DNA of 64,000 nt from an uncultured Gammaproteobacteria bacterium (GTDB lineage Bacteria > Patescibacteriota > Patescibacteriia > UBA1558 > S5-K13), in the NCBI GenBank assembly GCA_964486685.1, contig CAZAOE010000001.1:12538-76537 (forward strand). Reading direction: 5' to 3'. Both the position numbers and the translations under genes were made by a program. Of this stretch, positions 18,017-26,946 are shown one piece after another. Position 1 is the stretch's first letter. Each line of letters opens with the position of its first letter. A model generated the notes under the pieces. The model was given only the letters and a program-made list of their open reading frames with translations, did not search any database and was not told the origin of the DNA.

Positions 18017-18059
18017 AATATAGTCAATTAAGTCAATTAAGTCAATTAAGTTATCCACA
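18017..18059 (-). promoter_or_regulatory. DnaA box plus sigma70 promoter for the NYN-convergent RNA
   Basis: Minus strand TGTGGATAA(18059-51), N5, TTGACT(18045-40), N17, TATATT(18022-17). Confidence 0.7.
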
Positions 18060-18137
18060 ATTAAAATAAAAAATAAATTTAAATATATGGCTGATAAAAA
18101 ATTAGAACAAATTTTAATTAATTTAAGGAAAAAGGGG

Positions 18138-18170
18138 TTGACTAATCGTATATAATCGTATATAATCAGA
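18138..18170 (+). promoter_or_regulatory. Fic gene promoter with 10-bp tandem repeats (possible operator)
   Basis: TTGACT-N17-TATAAT containing taatcgtata x2 plus taatcaga. Confidence 0.7.
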
Positions 18171-18184
18171 TATATATAAAATGT

Positions 18185-19264
18185 ATGATTAAAAACAGAC
18201 TAAATCAAAGAATAAAGATTTCTCATGAAATAATTTTAAAAGTTTCTCAAATTGATGAATTAAAGGGACAGTGGAATGGCTCTTTGGTTTTGAATCCTAA
18301 AATTTTATATCAATTACAAAAATCAGTGGTGATTACTAGCTCGGCTTCTTCCACTCGAATTGAAGGAGCACAGATGACCGATCAAGAAGTGGAGCGTTTT
18401 CTGCGTGGCATTAAGCAAAAAACTCCTCAAAACAGAGATGAGGCAGAAGTGGCTGGTTATGCTGACTTATTGGGTAGGGTTTTTGATAATTATTCCAGCT
18501 TAGAGATTACTGAAGGCCAAATTTTGGGGTTTCATAAAATCATGTTATCTTTTTCAGAAAAGGATAAAGAACATTGCGGAAAGTATAAAAACAAAAATAA
18601 TACCGTCGCTATTATTGAACAGGGTAAAATTAAAAAAATTCTTTTTCAACCTACTCTGCCTTACTTAGTTAAAAAAGAAATGGATGATTTATTAGTATGG
18701 TGGCAAGAAAGACAGGGGAATAATGATTTGCATCCTTTGGTGATGATTGCTAATTTTATTTTTGAATTTTTAGCTATCCATCCTTTTGTTGACGGCAACG
18801 GCCGTCTCTCGCGAATTTTGATTAATTTATTAATGTTGCAAAAAGGTTATGGTTTTGTTCCTTATGTTTCTTTAGAAGAAATTTTTGAGGAAAGGCAGTC
18901 AGAATATTATTTAGCTCTAAGAAAAACCCAAAAAAGTCATAAAACTAAAAATGAAGATATTACACCTTGGTTAAATTTTTTTCTTGATGTTATTTTAGTA
19001 CAAACCAAAAAAGCTTTGAATTTATTGGCAGGGAATGAAAACAGAAAATTGCTTTCTGAAGCACAAGAAAAAGTTTATAATTTATTTGTTGATGGTATTG
19101 AATTGAAGGTTTCTGAAATTCAAAAGGAAATAAAAATTCCATTACCAACAGTGAAGCAATCTATGTCTAAATTAGTAGAATATAAATTAGTTGAAAAAAA
19201 TGGACAAGGTCCAGCAACCAGATATAAAAAGATAAAAAAGATTCTAGAGAAAGATAAAAAATGA
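18185..19264 (+). CDS. Fic family AMPylase with C-terminal wHTH
   Basis: HPFVDGNGRLSR, N-terminal autoinhibitory SSTRIEG and C-terminal G.GPATRY wing. Confidence 0.93.
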   Translation: MIKNRLNQRIKISHEIILKVSQIDELKGQWNGSLVLNPKILYQLQKSVVITSSASSTRIEGAQMTDQEVERFLRGIKQKTPQNRDEAEVAGYADLLGRVFDNYSSLEITEGQILGFHKIMLSFSEKDKEHCGKYKNKNNTVAIIEQGKIKKILFQPTLPYLVKKEMDDLLVWWQERQGNNDLHPLVMIANFIFEFLAIHPFVDGNGRLSRILINLLMLQKGYGFVPYVSLEEIFEERQSEYYLALRKTQKSHKTKNEDITPWLNFFLDVILVQTKKALNLLAGNENRKLLSEAQEKVYNLFVDGIELKVSEIQKEIKIPLPTVKQSMSKLVEYKLVEKNGQGPATRYKKIKKILEKDKK

Positions 19265-19341
19265 TTGTTTAGAAAGTTTTATGAAGGTTGAAAATAGTAA
19301 ATTGATTAATTAAATAATTTAAATAATTAAAAATATTAAAT

Positions 19342-22300
19342 ATGTTTAAAGAATATTTTAAGAATATTTTAAAAACTTTAAAGCCTGGAGATGCCCGAGA
19401 AGAAAGTTTTTATCCAGCATTAAAGATATTTATAGAAAATCTCAGTGAGTTTGAAAATAAAAAAATTAGCGTTACATTATTACCCAAAAAACACGAGGGG
19501 CAGAGTCCAGATTTTAGGATTAGAGAAGGCAACAAGATCATTGGTTATATTGAAGCAAAGGATTTTCAAAAACACTCAGATGATCTTGATGAAATAGAGG
19601 ACAGTAATCAGTTGAAAAGATATAAAAAGGCATTTCCTAATTTAATATTGACTAATTTTTTTGAATTTAGATTGTATAGAAAGGGTATATTAGCAGATAA
19701 GGTACGGATTGGGCGACCTTTTATATCATATGAATTAAAAGTAGTGCCCCCAGTTGAAAATGAAAAAAAATTTATATCACTAATATCGGAGTTTTTTGCT
19801 TTTTCCATTCCAGAAATAAAAAAACCAAAAGAATTGGCCATTGAACTTGGCAATAGAACGCATTTTTTAAAAGAAAAAATATTAGAAGAAATAAAAAACG
19901 ACAATTCAGAAATTATTGGTTTTTATCAAGCATTTAAAAAGCATTTGATTATTAATTTAACAGAAGATCAATTCGCTGATCTTTATGCTCAAACCATTAC
20001 TTATGGTTTATTCACAGCCAGAACGCGGACTGCATGTAAAGAATTTAGGAGGGAAACAGCGGTAAAATTTATTCCTCAAAGCATTCCATTGCTTAAAAAA
20101 ATATTTGCTTTTATCTCGTCTGAAGAATTGCCAAAATCAATGGAATGGATTGTAGATGAAATTTCGCAAGTATTAGCCGTCGCTAATATATCTAAAATAA
20201 TAAAGGATTTTTATAAGAAAGGAAAAGGCACCGACCCTATTATCCATTTCTATGAAACATTTTTAGGTGAGTATGATCCCAAAGAAAGAGAGAAGAGGGG
20301 AGTTTATTATACACCAGAGCCAGTTGTTTCTTATATTGTTCGCTCAGTTAATCAAATTTTAAAAGAAAAATTTAATAAAAAGGATGGGTTTGCTACTTCA
20401 TCTGTAACGGTTTTAGACCCAGCTGCTGGTACGCTCACTTTTCCGGCTGAAGCAATAAAATTAGCTAAAAAGGAGATTCAAAAAAAGTATGGACCTGGTA
20501 TTTGGCAAAGCACTGTAAAGGGTCATATTTTAAAAAATTTTTATGCCTTTGAACTTTTAATGGCACCGTATGTCATAGGACACTTAAAAATTTCTTTACT
20601 TCTCGAAGAATTAGGTTATAAGATGAGAAATGATGATAAATTTAATTTTTATCTTACAAACACTTTGGAAAATGAAGCACCTGACCCAAATCAATTTCCG
20701 GGTATTTTTGAAAGAGTTTTGGCTAAAGAATCAGAGCAAGCATTAGAGGTTAAAGAAAAAATTCCCATTATGGTAGTTATGGGCAATCCACCATATTCTG
20801 GAGTTTCTGAAAATAAAGGGGACTGGATTTTGGAACAGATTAAAGAATATAGACAAATTAGGGGTAAACCACTTGGCGAAAGAAAAGATTGGCTACAGGA
20901 TGATTATGTAAAATTTTTTCGCTTTGCCCAGTGGAAAATTGAAAAATTAGGAACTGGTATTTTGGGCTTTATTACTAATCATGCCTGGATTGATAATCCA
21001 ACTTTTAGGGGAATGCGTTATTCTTTAATGAAAACATTTGATGAAATTTATATTCTTAATTTGCATGGTAGTGTTTTAAAAAAAGAAAAAACGCCAGAAG
21101 GCCAAAAAGACGAAAATGTTTTTGATATTCAACCAGGTGTAGCAATTACAATTTGTATAAAACATCAAGAAAAAATTGATGAAAAAAAAGTTTTATATGC
21201 TGAACTTTGGGGATTACGGGGAGACATTAATAAACCAAAGACGAAATATTATTATTTAAATAAGAATGATGTTAAATCGACGAAGTGGCAACCAATTATT
21301 CCTAAAAAGCCTTACTATTTTTTTGTTCCAAAATCAGAAAAAGGACATAAAGAGTATGATAAGTTTTGGAAAATTACAAACATCTTTCCTATAAATAGTA
21401 CTGGTATTGTTACTGCCCATGATCATTTTGCTATTGATTTTAAATATGAAGAATTGAAAAATAAAATTAGCGCTTTTAAATTTTCACCGCACGATGATAA
21501 TTACGTAAAAAAAGATTATCAACTTAAAGAAAATTATGCATGGCGTGTCTCTAAAGCAAGATATGAGTTAAAACAAGTTGATAACTGGCAGAATTATTTT
21601 ACTAAAATTTTGTATCGTCCTTTTGATGAACGATGGATTTATTATCATTCTTCTGTGGTCTGGCGAGTTAGAAAAAATGTTATGAAACATATGTTAAAAC
21701 AGAATTTAGCCCTTACTACTTGCCGCCAACAATCAATTGCTGGATTTCAGCACGTATTAGTAACTAATTTAATTACAGAATCTTGTTATGTCTCAAACAG
21801 AACAAAAGAGATAGGATATGTTTTTCCCCTATACCTTTACTCTTCTGAAAATAAGCAACAAACTATCCTTGATGGACAAGAAAAATTAGATTTAAAGGGA
21901 GCTCAACATAAATTAAAAATTAAGAAAGAAAAAGAACCAAATATCAATCCAGAATTATTTGACGCGCTTAAAAGTTGTTTTGACAAAGAGCCAACGCCGG
22001 AAGAAATTTTTTATTACATTTATGGTACCCTGTATTCAAATACATATAGGAAAAAATATGAGGAATTTCTTAAAATTGATTTTCCGAAAGTTCCTTTTAC
22101 AAAGGATTACAAATTATTCAAAAAAATTTCTAAACTTGGTGAGGAGTTAGTGAATTTACATCTACTAAAATCACCAAAATTGAATAAACCGTTAGCTAAA
22201 TTTTATGGAAAGAATGATAATAGTGTAAAAATCCGTAAATATGATAAAAATAAAAGACGAATCTATATAAATGAAAAGCAATATTTTGAACCAATAAATA

Positions 22301-22497
22301 AAGAAATTTGGGAATATATGATTGGAGGATATCAAGTTTTGGATAAATGGCTTAAATATAAAAAAGGCGAAACTCTGTCTACTGATGACATAAAACATTA
22401 TTGCCGGATTGCCACAACCCTAGTGGAAACAATTAAAATACAGAAAGAAATAGATAATATCTATCCTGAGATTGAAAAAAAATTAATTAATTCATGA
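19342..22497 (+). CDS. Fused restriction endonuclease/N6-adenine methyltransferase (type IIG, type ISP-like C-terminal TRD, no helicase)
   Basis: PDF..IGYIEAK nuclease, GVYYTP, LDPAAGT, GNPPY, YRPFD, and IDFPKVP..IGGYQVL.KWLK. Confidence 0.9.
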   Translation: MFKEYFKNILKTLKPGDAREESFYPALKIFIENLSEFENKKISVTLLPKKHEGQSPDFRIREGNKIIGYIEAKDFQKHSDDLDEIEDSNQLKRYKKAFPNLILTNFFEFRLYRKGILADKVRIGRPFISYELKVVPPVENEKKFISLISEFFAFSIPEIKKPKELAIELGNRTHFLKEKILEEIKNDNSEIIGFYQAFKKHLIINLTEDQFADLYAQTITYGLFTARTRTACKEFRRETAVKFIPQSIPLLKKIFAFISSEELPKSMEWIVDEISQVLAVANISKIIKDFYKKGKGTDPIIHFYETFLGEYDPKEREKRGVYYTPEPVVSYIVRSVNQILKEKFNKKDGFATSSVTVLDPAAGTLTFPAEAIKLAKKEIQKKYGPGIWQSTVKGHILKNFYAFELLMAPYVIGHLKISLLLEELGYKMRNDDKFNFYLTNTLENEAPDPNQFPGIFERVLAKESEQALEVKEKIPIMVVMGNPPYSGVSENKGDWILEQIKEYRQIRGKPLGERKDWLQDDYVKFFRFAQWKIEKLGTGILGFITNHAWIDNPTFRGMRYSLMKTFDEIYILNLHGSVLKKEKTPEGQKDENVFDIQPGVAITICIKHQEKIDEKKVLYAELWGLRGDINKPKTKYYYLNKNDVKSTKWQPIIPKKPYYFFVPKSEKGHKEYDKFWKITNIFPINSTGIVTAHDHFAIDFKYEELKNKISAFKFSPHDDNYVKKDYQLKENYAWRVSKARYELKQVDNWQNYFTKILYRPFDERWIYYHSSVVWRVRKNVMKHMLKQNLALTTCRQQSIAGFQHVLVTNLITESCYVSNRTKEIGYVFPLYLYSSENKQQTILDGQEKLDLKGAQHKLKIKKEKEPNINPELFDALKSCFDKEPTPEEIFYYIYGTLYSNTYRKKYEEFLKIDFPKVPFTKDYKLFKKISKLGEELVNLHLLKSPKLNKPLAKFYGKNDNSVKIRKYDKNKRRIYINEKQYFEPINKEIWEYMIGGYQVLDKWLKYKKGETLSTDDIKHYCRIATTLVETIKIQKEIDNIYPEIEKKLINS

Positions 22498-22547
22498 ATT
22501 TTTAGGAATTAATGGAGGTGGGAGGGAATTTAAAGTAAACAATAATC

Positions 22548-23135
22548 ATGGAAATAAAAAAAGCAAAATATCAAATAGAAATTACTACTATAGCTACCGA
22601 CCACAGGCTTATTAGGGATAAGTGGTTGAATATAAAAAGAATTCTTGATGCAATTTATAAAGAACTTTCTCCATTAATAGATGATCAACAAACGATATCT
22701 ATAAATAAATTTTTTTTGCCAATAGAACAGAAAAAATTATTTCAATCTGTGCTAGAAAAAATGTGGGAAGATAATATAATAGATTATTATAATTACGAAA
22801 CACCTGGTATAACAACTTCTGAATCGATTCGTAAATTTTTAAGAGGCGAAAATTTTGTAGTAAAAAATAGAAATATTTTTGAAAATTACAGAAAAAAAAT
22901 TTCAGAGTTTTATGATTTTATTGAAAAAGATGGGAGAAAAAGATTTCCAGAAGTATATAGTATAACACAATCAAACAGTAAAAAAATAATAAATAATAAA
23001 TTAGCAGACACTAATCAACAAAACAGAAAAATTGAACCAAAATGGTGGGAAAAAACTTGGATACAAATTATAGTATTACTGGGTTCATGCGCTGGAATTA
23101 TTGGATTGTTTTTTTTGTTTACAAGTAAAAAGTGA
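22548..23135 (+). CDS. Hypothetical protein with C-terminal TM helix
   Basis: 195 aa, ends in KWWEKTWIQIIVLLG...FLF. Confidence 0.75.
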   Translation: MEIKKAKYQIEITTIATDHRLIRDKWLNIKRILDAIYKELSPLIDDQQTISINKFFLPIEQKKLFQSVLEKMWEDNIIDYYNYETPGITTSESIRKFLRGENFVVKNRNIFENYRKKISEFYDFIEKDGRKRFPEVYSITQSNSKKIINNKLADTNQQNRKIEPKWWEKTWIQIIVLLGSCAGIIGLFFLFTSKK

Positions 23136-23150
23136 TTTAGAAAAAATAAC

Positions 23151-24236
23151 ATGATAGTTGAACTACAAAAAGCTTTTGAATCAAAACAATTTCAAAATCG
23201 TCAAACAGAAACTTTAATTCCTATTGGGGTAAGTTTTAATTTTGAATATGTTTTTGAGGATTTAAAAGATTTAAGATCTATAATAATAGCTGGAGCCACT
23301 GGTTCTGGAAAATCAACCTTTAATCATTGTTTAATAACTAGTTTATTAAAACAAAATAATAATATTTCTCTGATTTTATATGATGCTAAAAGAGTAGAGC
23401 TTTTCCCTTATAATGGAATAGAATGTTTGTTGGGAGAGGTTACTACTAAGACAGATGATATAAAAGAGCAATTTGAATATTTAGAAAAAGAATTTTCTAT
23501 TAGATCTGCTAGTAAAAAAGAAGGTGTTGATATATATAAAAATTATGATCCTATAATTATAGTTATTGAAGAATGTTCGAGTATTATGTGTCAGCAAGGA
23601 GAGTATTTTAATCAAATAATTCCTAAAATCGCCAAGGAGGGTCCAGATTTGAATATGTATATAATTATATCTACTGCCCGACCAGCGATCAATGTTTTTA
23701 CTGAAGAAATAAAAGAATCCTTTTTCGCTAAAATAGCTTTTGCCACCGCTAGTTTAGATAATTCAGACACTATAATAGGAGAAACTGGAGCAGAAAAACT
23801 TTTAGGTGAGGGAGATATGTTATTTAAAAAAGGAGACGAGCCCATAAGAAGATTACAGGGTTTTTATGTTAGTGATGAAGAGGTGAAAAATGTTGTTAAT
23901 GAGGATATGGCTGGGCAGAAAGGATTAAATAATGAGCAAGATGAAATAAAAAATGAATTGGAACCAATTGATTCTAAAATTGATATTAGTAAAGAAAGAA
24001 TTAAAAGAACATTTGATCATTTTGATATTAAAGTGAAAATGGGGAAAGTTAATATTGGTCCAATGGTAACTCAATTTATAATAAAGCCTAAAAATGGAGT
24101 TAAATTATCTAAAATAATGGCCCTAGAAAATGTTTTAGCTATGAATCTAACAGCAAGGAGTGTTAGAATAGATGTTTCTTTTTTTGAAAAAGGTTTAATT
24201 AGTATTGAAGTGTCTAATTATAATTTAACTAAATAA
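23151..24236 (+). CDS. FtsK-like ATPase domain followed by an FtsK alpha domain (permuted order)
   Basis: AGATGSGKS, D.KRVEL..Y, GAEKLLGEGDMLF and RLQG.YVSDEEV, then C-terminal F.I..GP.VTQF...P..GVKLSKI..L..SVRI..IEV.N. Confidence 0.85.
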   Translation: MIVELQKAFESKQFQNRQTETLIPIGVSFNFEYVFEDLKDLRSIIIAGATGSGKSTFNHCLITSLLKQNNNISLILYDAKRVELFPYNGIECLLGEVTTKTDDIKEQFEYLEKEFSIRSASKKEGVDIYKNYDPIIIVIEECSSIMCQQGEYFNQIIPKIAKEGPDLNMYIIISTARPAINVFTEEIKESFFAKIAFATASLDNSDTIIGETGAEKLLGEGDMLFKKGDEPIRRLQGFYVSDEEVKNVVNEDMAGQKGLNNEQDEIKNELEPIDSKIDISKERIKRTFDHFDIKVKMGKVNIGPMVTQFIIKPKNGVKLSKIMALENVLAMNLTARSVRIDVSFFEKGLISIEVSNYNLTK

Positions 24237-24237
24237 T

Positions 24238-25266
24238 ATGCCTCATATAGATATAAATAAAAAGAGAAATGACCCCAATGCTAGAGTACCTCTGAGTTTG
24301 GCTTGGAAAGAGGAAATAATGCATTTAAATAAAGATGAACTTATAATCCCCCTAGGAAGAGACAAAAGTCAAAAACTGCATTTTATAAATTTAAAAGAAT
24401 GGCTTCATATTTTAAGTGCGGGAATGGCTCTTTCTGGTGTGGGTATGTTTAGTAGGGTTACTCTTTTTTCTCTAATTAAACAAAGATCTCATCAAGATTT
24501 AAGAATTATTTTAATTGATCCTATTCGTAGATTTAGTAATTTTAATAATATTTCTCATTTATTATTTCCAATTATTCATAAAGCTAAAAAAGCTTTATCG
24601 GCTTTAGAATGGTGCGTTTTTGAAATAGAAAGAAGATATCAGATATTATTTAAAACAAGGAAAAAAGATATATATTCTTATAATGAAAAGGGAAATCAAG
24701 TTGTATTTCCTAATATTGTAATATTTATTAGTGAGTTAGGAGAACTTATGCCCGATAGAGATATAGAAACAGCTTTGGTTAGAATAGCACAAATGGCTAA
24801 GGCCGTAGGAATACATCTTATCATAGGAACCCAGATGTTAAATAAAGAAATTATTACCGATTTAATATTTTCTAATATATCAGTTAGGGTAGGATTTCAA
24901 GTCCCTTCAGAAGAAGAAGCAGAGGTTTTAGAAATATCTGGAATGGAAACACTTATTGGTCAAGGAGATATGATTTATCAAGATTATAATGGTAAGAGAT
25001 TAGAATTACAAGGATTCCATATTAGTGATGAAGAAATAGAAGAATTTATTAAAAATGAAATTACAGATGATAGAGTGAATGAAGAATGGTTATATAAAAA
25101 AGCTAAGAAAATTATTTTAGACCAAAAGCAAGCTTCGGCTACTCTTTTACAGAGAAGATTGAGTATTGGTTATGCTAAAGCCTCTAGAATAATTGACAAA
25201 ATGGAAGAAGAAGGTTTAGTGAGTCCTCAGAATGGTCCTAAACCACGAAAGATTTTAAAACAATGA
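24238..25266 (+). CDS. FtsK-like protein with degenerate ATPase and gamma DNA-binding domain
   Basis: PLGRD, degenerate Walker A GMALSGVG, RIAQMAKAVGIHLI, and gamma domain ASATLLQRRLSIGYAKASRIID.MEE.G.V..PR. Confidence 0.88.
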   Translation: MPHIDINKKRNDPNARVPLSLAWKEEIMHLNKDELIIPLGRDKSQKLHFINLKEWLHILSAGMALSGVGMFSRVTLFSLIKQRSHQDLRIILIDPIRRFSNFNNISHLLFPIIHKAKKALSALEWCVFEIERRYQILFKTRKKDIYSYNEKGNQVVFPNIVIFISELGELMPDRDIETALVRIAQMAKAVGIHLIIGTQMLNKEIITDLIFSNISVRVGFQVPSEEEAEVLEISGMETLIGQGDMIYQDYNGKRLELQGFHISDEEIEEFIKNEITDDRVNEEWLYKKAKKIILDQKQASATLLQRRLSIGYAKASRIIDKMEEEGLVSPQNGPKPRKILKQ

Positions 25267-25628
25267 ATATCTATCTTGACATTGATGGTGTCTTATTAAA
25301 AAAGCATGGCGAACCCGCTGACAATGTTTTAGATTTTTTAAAAGAAATGACAGATAATCACGATTGCTATTGGCTAACTACTCATTGTCGTAATGGTGAA
25401 AGTAATGCCGTAGAATATTTAGAAGATAAATTACCCAATGAAGCTTTAGAATATCTAAATAAAATAAAACCAGCTTATTGGGATACTTTAAAAACTGAGG
25501 CCATAGATTTTTCAAAGAAGTTTAAATGGTATGATGATTATATAATGGAAGCAGAGGAGAGCGTTTTAAAAGAAAATAATTGTTTGGATAGTTTTGTGAG
25601 GGTTGAGAATAGTAAATTAATATATTAA
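25263..25628 (+). CDS. Minimal HAD-family phosphatase (HAD_SAK-like)
   Basis: IYLDIDGVL, WLTT, K and WYDD motifs. ATGA overlap with the upstream gene. Confidence 0.8.
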   Translation: MNIYLDIDGVLLKKHGEPADNVLDFLKEMTDNHDCYWLTTHCRNGESNAVEYLEDKLPNEALEYLNKIKPAYWDTLKTEAIDFSKKFKWYDDYIMEAEESVLKENNCLDSFVRVENSKLIY

Positions 25629-25632
25629 ATAT

Positions 25633-26046
25633 ATGTCTAAAAAATTAAAATTGTTTTTTATAGTGGCTTTGTTTTTTATTATATTAACTCCCCAAATTTC
25701 TCAAGCTACAATGGCAGTTAATGAAATGATTATTAATCCCGAAACTAAAGAGTGTACTTGGTTTAATAGTGGAGATGAATGTCAGGAATGTGAAAAGCCT
25801 AGAGGGTGGGTAACTTATTCAGGGGGTGATGAAAGTTATGTAGAAGGAGAAGAATGTCCGCTGGGATATAAAAGGATCAAAGATTTAAAAATAAATTGTC
25901 ATGTTCGAGATTGGAGAGCTTTTTCTAATGCGATGTGTTCTGGTTTTATTGCTAGTAGATATGCCTTCTGGTATAAAATTTTCCCTATCATTTTAATAGG
26001 ATTAATAATAATTTTAATTATATTTTTGAAGAAAAGAAAAAAATAA
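25633..26046 (+). CDS. Small Cys-rich secreted/membrane-anchored protein
   Basis: Signal peptide (SQA-T), six to seven Cys, C-terminal TM followed by KKRKK. Confidence 0.75.
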   Translation: MSKKLKLFFIVALFFIILTPQISQATMAVNEMIINPETKECTWFNSGDECQECEKPRGWVTYSGGDESYVEGEECPLGYKRIKDLKINCHVRDWRAFSNAMCSGFIASRYAFWYKIFPIILIGLIIILIIFLKKRKK

Positions 26047-26057
26047 AATAATTTTTC

Positions 26058-26097
26058 AAAAATCACTTCAAGTAATATGTCTGAGGTGATTTTTTTG
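26058..26097 (+). terminator. Intrinsic terminator
   Basis: aaaatcacttca..tgaggtgatttt followed by T's. Confidence 0.7.
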
Positions 26098-26112
26098 TTT
26101 ACTATTGAATTC

Positions 26113-26160
26113 TGTCAAGTTTAAGTTTTATTGACAAGTTGTTAATAATTAAGATACAAT
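26113..26160 (+). promoter_or_regulatory. lexA-like promoter with an overlapping inverted repeat
   Basis: TGTCAA-N12-TTGACA, and TTGACA-N18-TACAAT. Confidence 0.55.
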
Positions 26161-26196
26161 TAAATTAGGGTGTGGATAAGTAATAATTTTAAAAAT

Positions 26197-26946
26197 ATGC
26201 ATAAAATACAACAAAAAATTCTAAATCTTGCTGGAGACAAAAACTTGGCAAATTTAACTTTGCGTAAAATAGGAGAATTTATCGGAGAAAAAGGAAGTCC
26301 GCAAAAGATAAAACATCATTTAGAAAAATTAAAAGAAAAAGGGCTTTTGATTCAAAGTATTGATGGCAAAGAGATTAAAAGAATAAGTTCAAATAATATT
26401 GATAAAAACACGAAGTTAATATCATTACCAATTTATGGCTCGGCTAATTGTGGGCAGGCCTTGGAATTGGCTAATAATACTATAGAAGAATATTTGAAAG
26501 TTTCTAAAAGCATTTTGGGAGAGAGTTTGCTTAAAAAAATTAAAGATTTATTTGTTTTAAAAGCAGTAGGGAATTCTATGAATCAAGCCAATATTGATGG
26601 TGATTCAATTGAAGATGGAGATTATGTTATTATTGATAGAAAACAAAAAAGTCCAGATAATAGCGATTATGTTGTTTCGATAATTGATGGGGCTGCAAAT
26701 ATAAAAAAGTTTTTTGTTGATAAAAATAATAAACAAGTTGTCTTGGTTTCGGAGTCATTTTCTGATACTGCTCCAATACATATACATAAAAATGATTTAA
26801 ATGATTATTCTATTTGTGGTCGAGTGGTAAAAGTAATGAAAAGACCAGAAAATTTAGAGGCCTGGCATAATGCCGGAGCTAAGGATACTTTAAAAAATTT
26901 AGGCCCCATATCCAAAGAAGAACATAAGTATTATATGAATTTATAA
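26197..26946 (+). CDS. LexA-like repressor (wHTH plus S24 peptidase) with a C-terminal extension
   Basis: TLRKIG..IKHHLEKL..KG, LPIYGSANCG (Cys-Gly cleavage site), GNSM (Ser), NIKKF (Lys), ICGRVVKV, then about 32 extra aa. Confidence 0.88.
   Translation: MHKIQQKILNLAGDKNLANLTLRKIGEFIGEKGSPQKIKHHLEKLKEKGLLIQSIDGKEIKRISSNNIDKNTKLISLPIYGSANCGQALELANNTIEEYLKVSKSILGESLLKKIKDLFVLKAVGNSMNQANIDGDSIEDGDYVIIDRKQKSPDNSDYVVSIIDGAANIKKFFVDKNNKQVVLVSESFSDTAPIHIHKNDLNDYSICGRVVKVMKRPENLEAWHNAGAKDTLKNLGPISKEEHKYYMNL

Noticed and set aside
18087-18155. 22-aa ORF upstream of fic as a possible antitoxin
   Set aside because: It overlaps the fic promoter and lacks the (S/T)xxxE(G/N) motif, and Fic already has an internal inhibitory motif
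22513-22534. tggaggtgggagggaatt resembling the reverse complement of a tmRNA/tRNA 3' end (att remnant)
   Set aside because: Only about 20 nt, the spacing does not fit a T arm exactly, and no partner site or integrase is present
7616-26179. DnaA boxes (7616, about 11266, 18051, 26171) as oriC
   Set aside because: They are isolated single boxes beside promoters, not clustered, and dnaA/dnaN are not nearby
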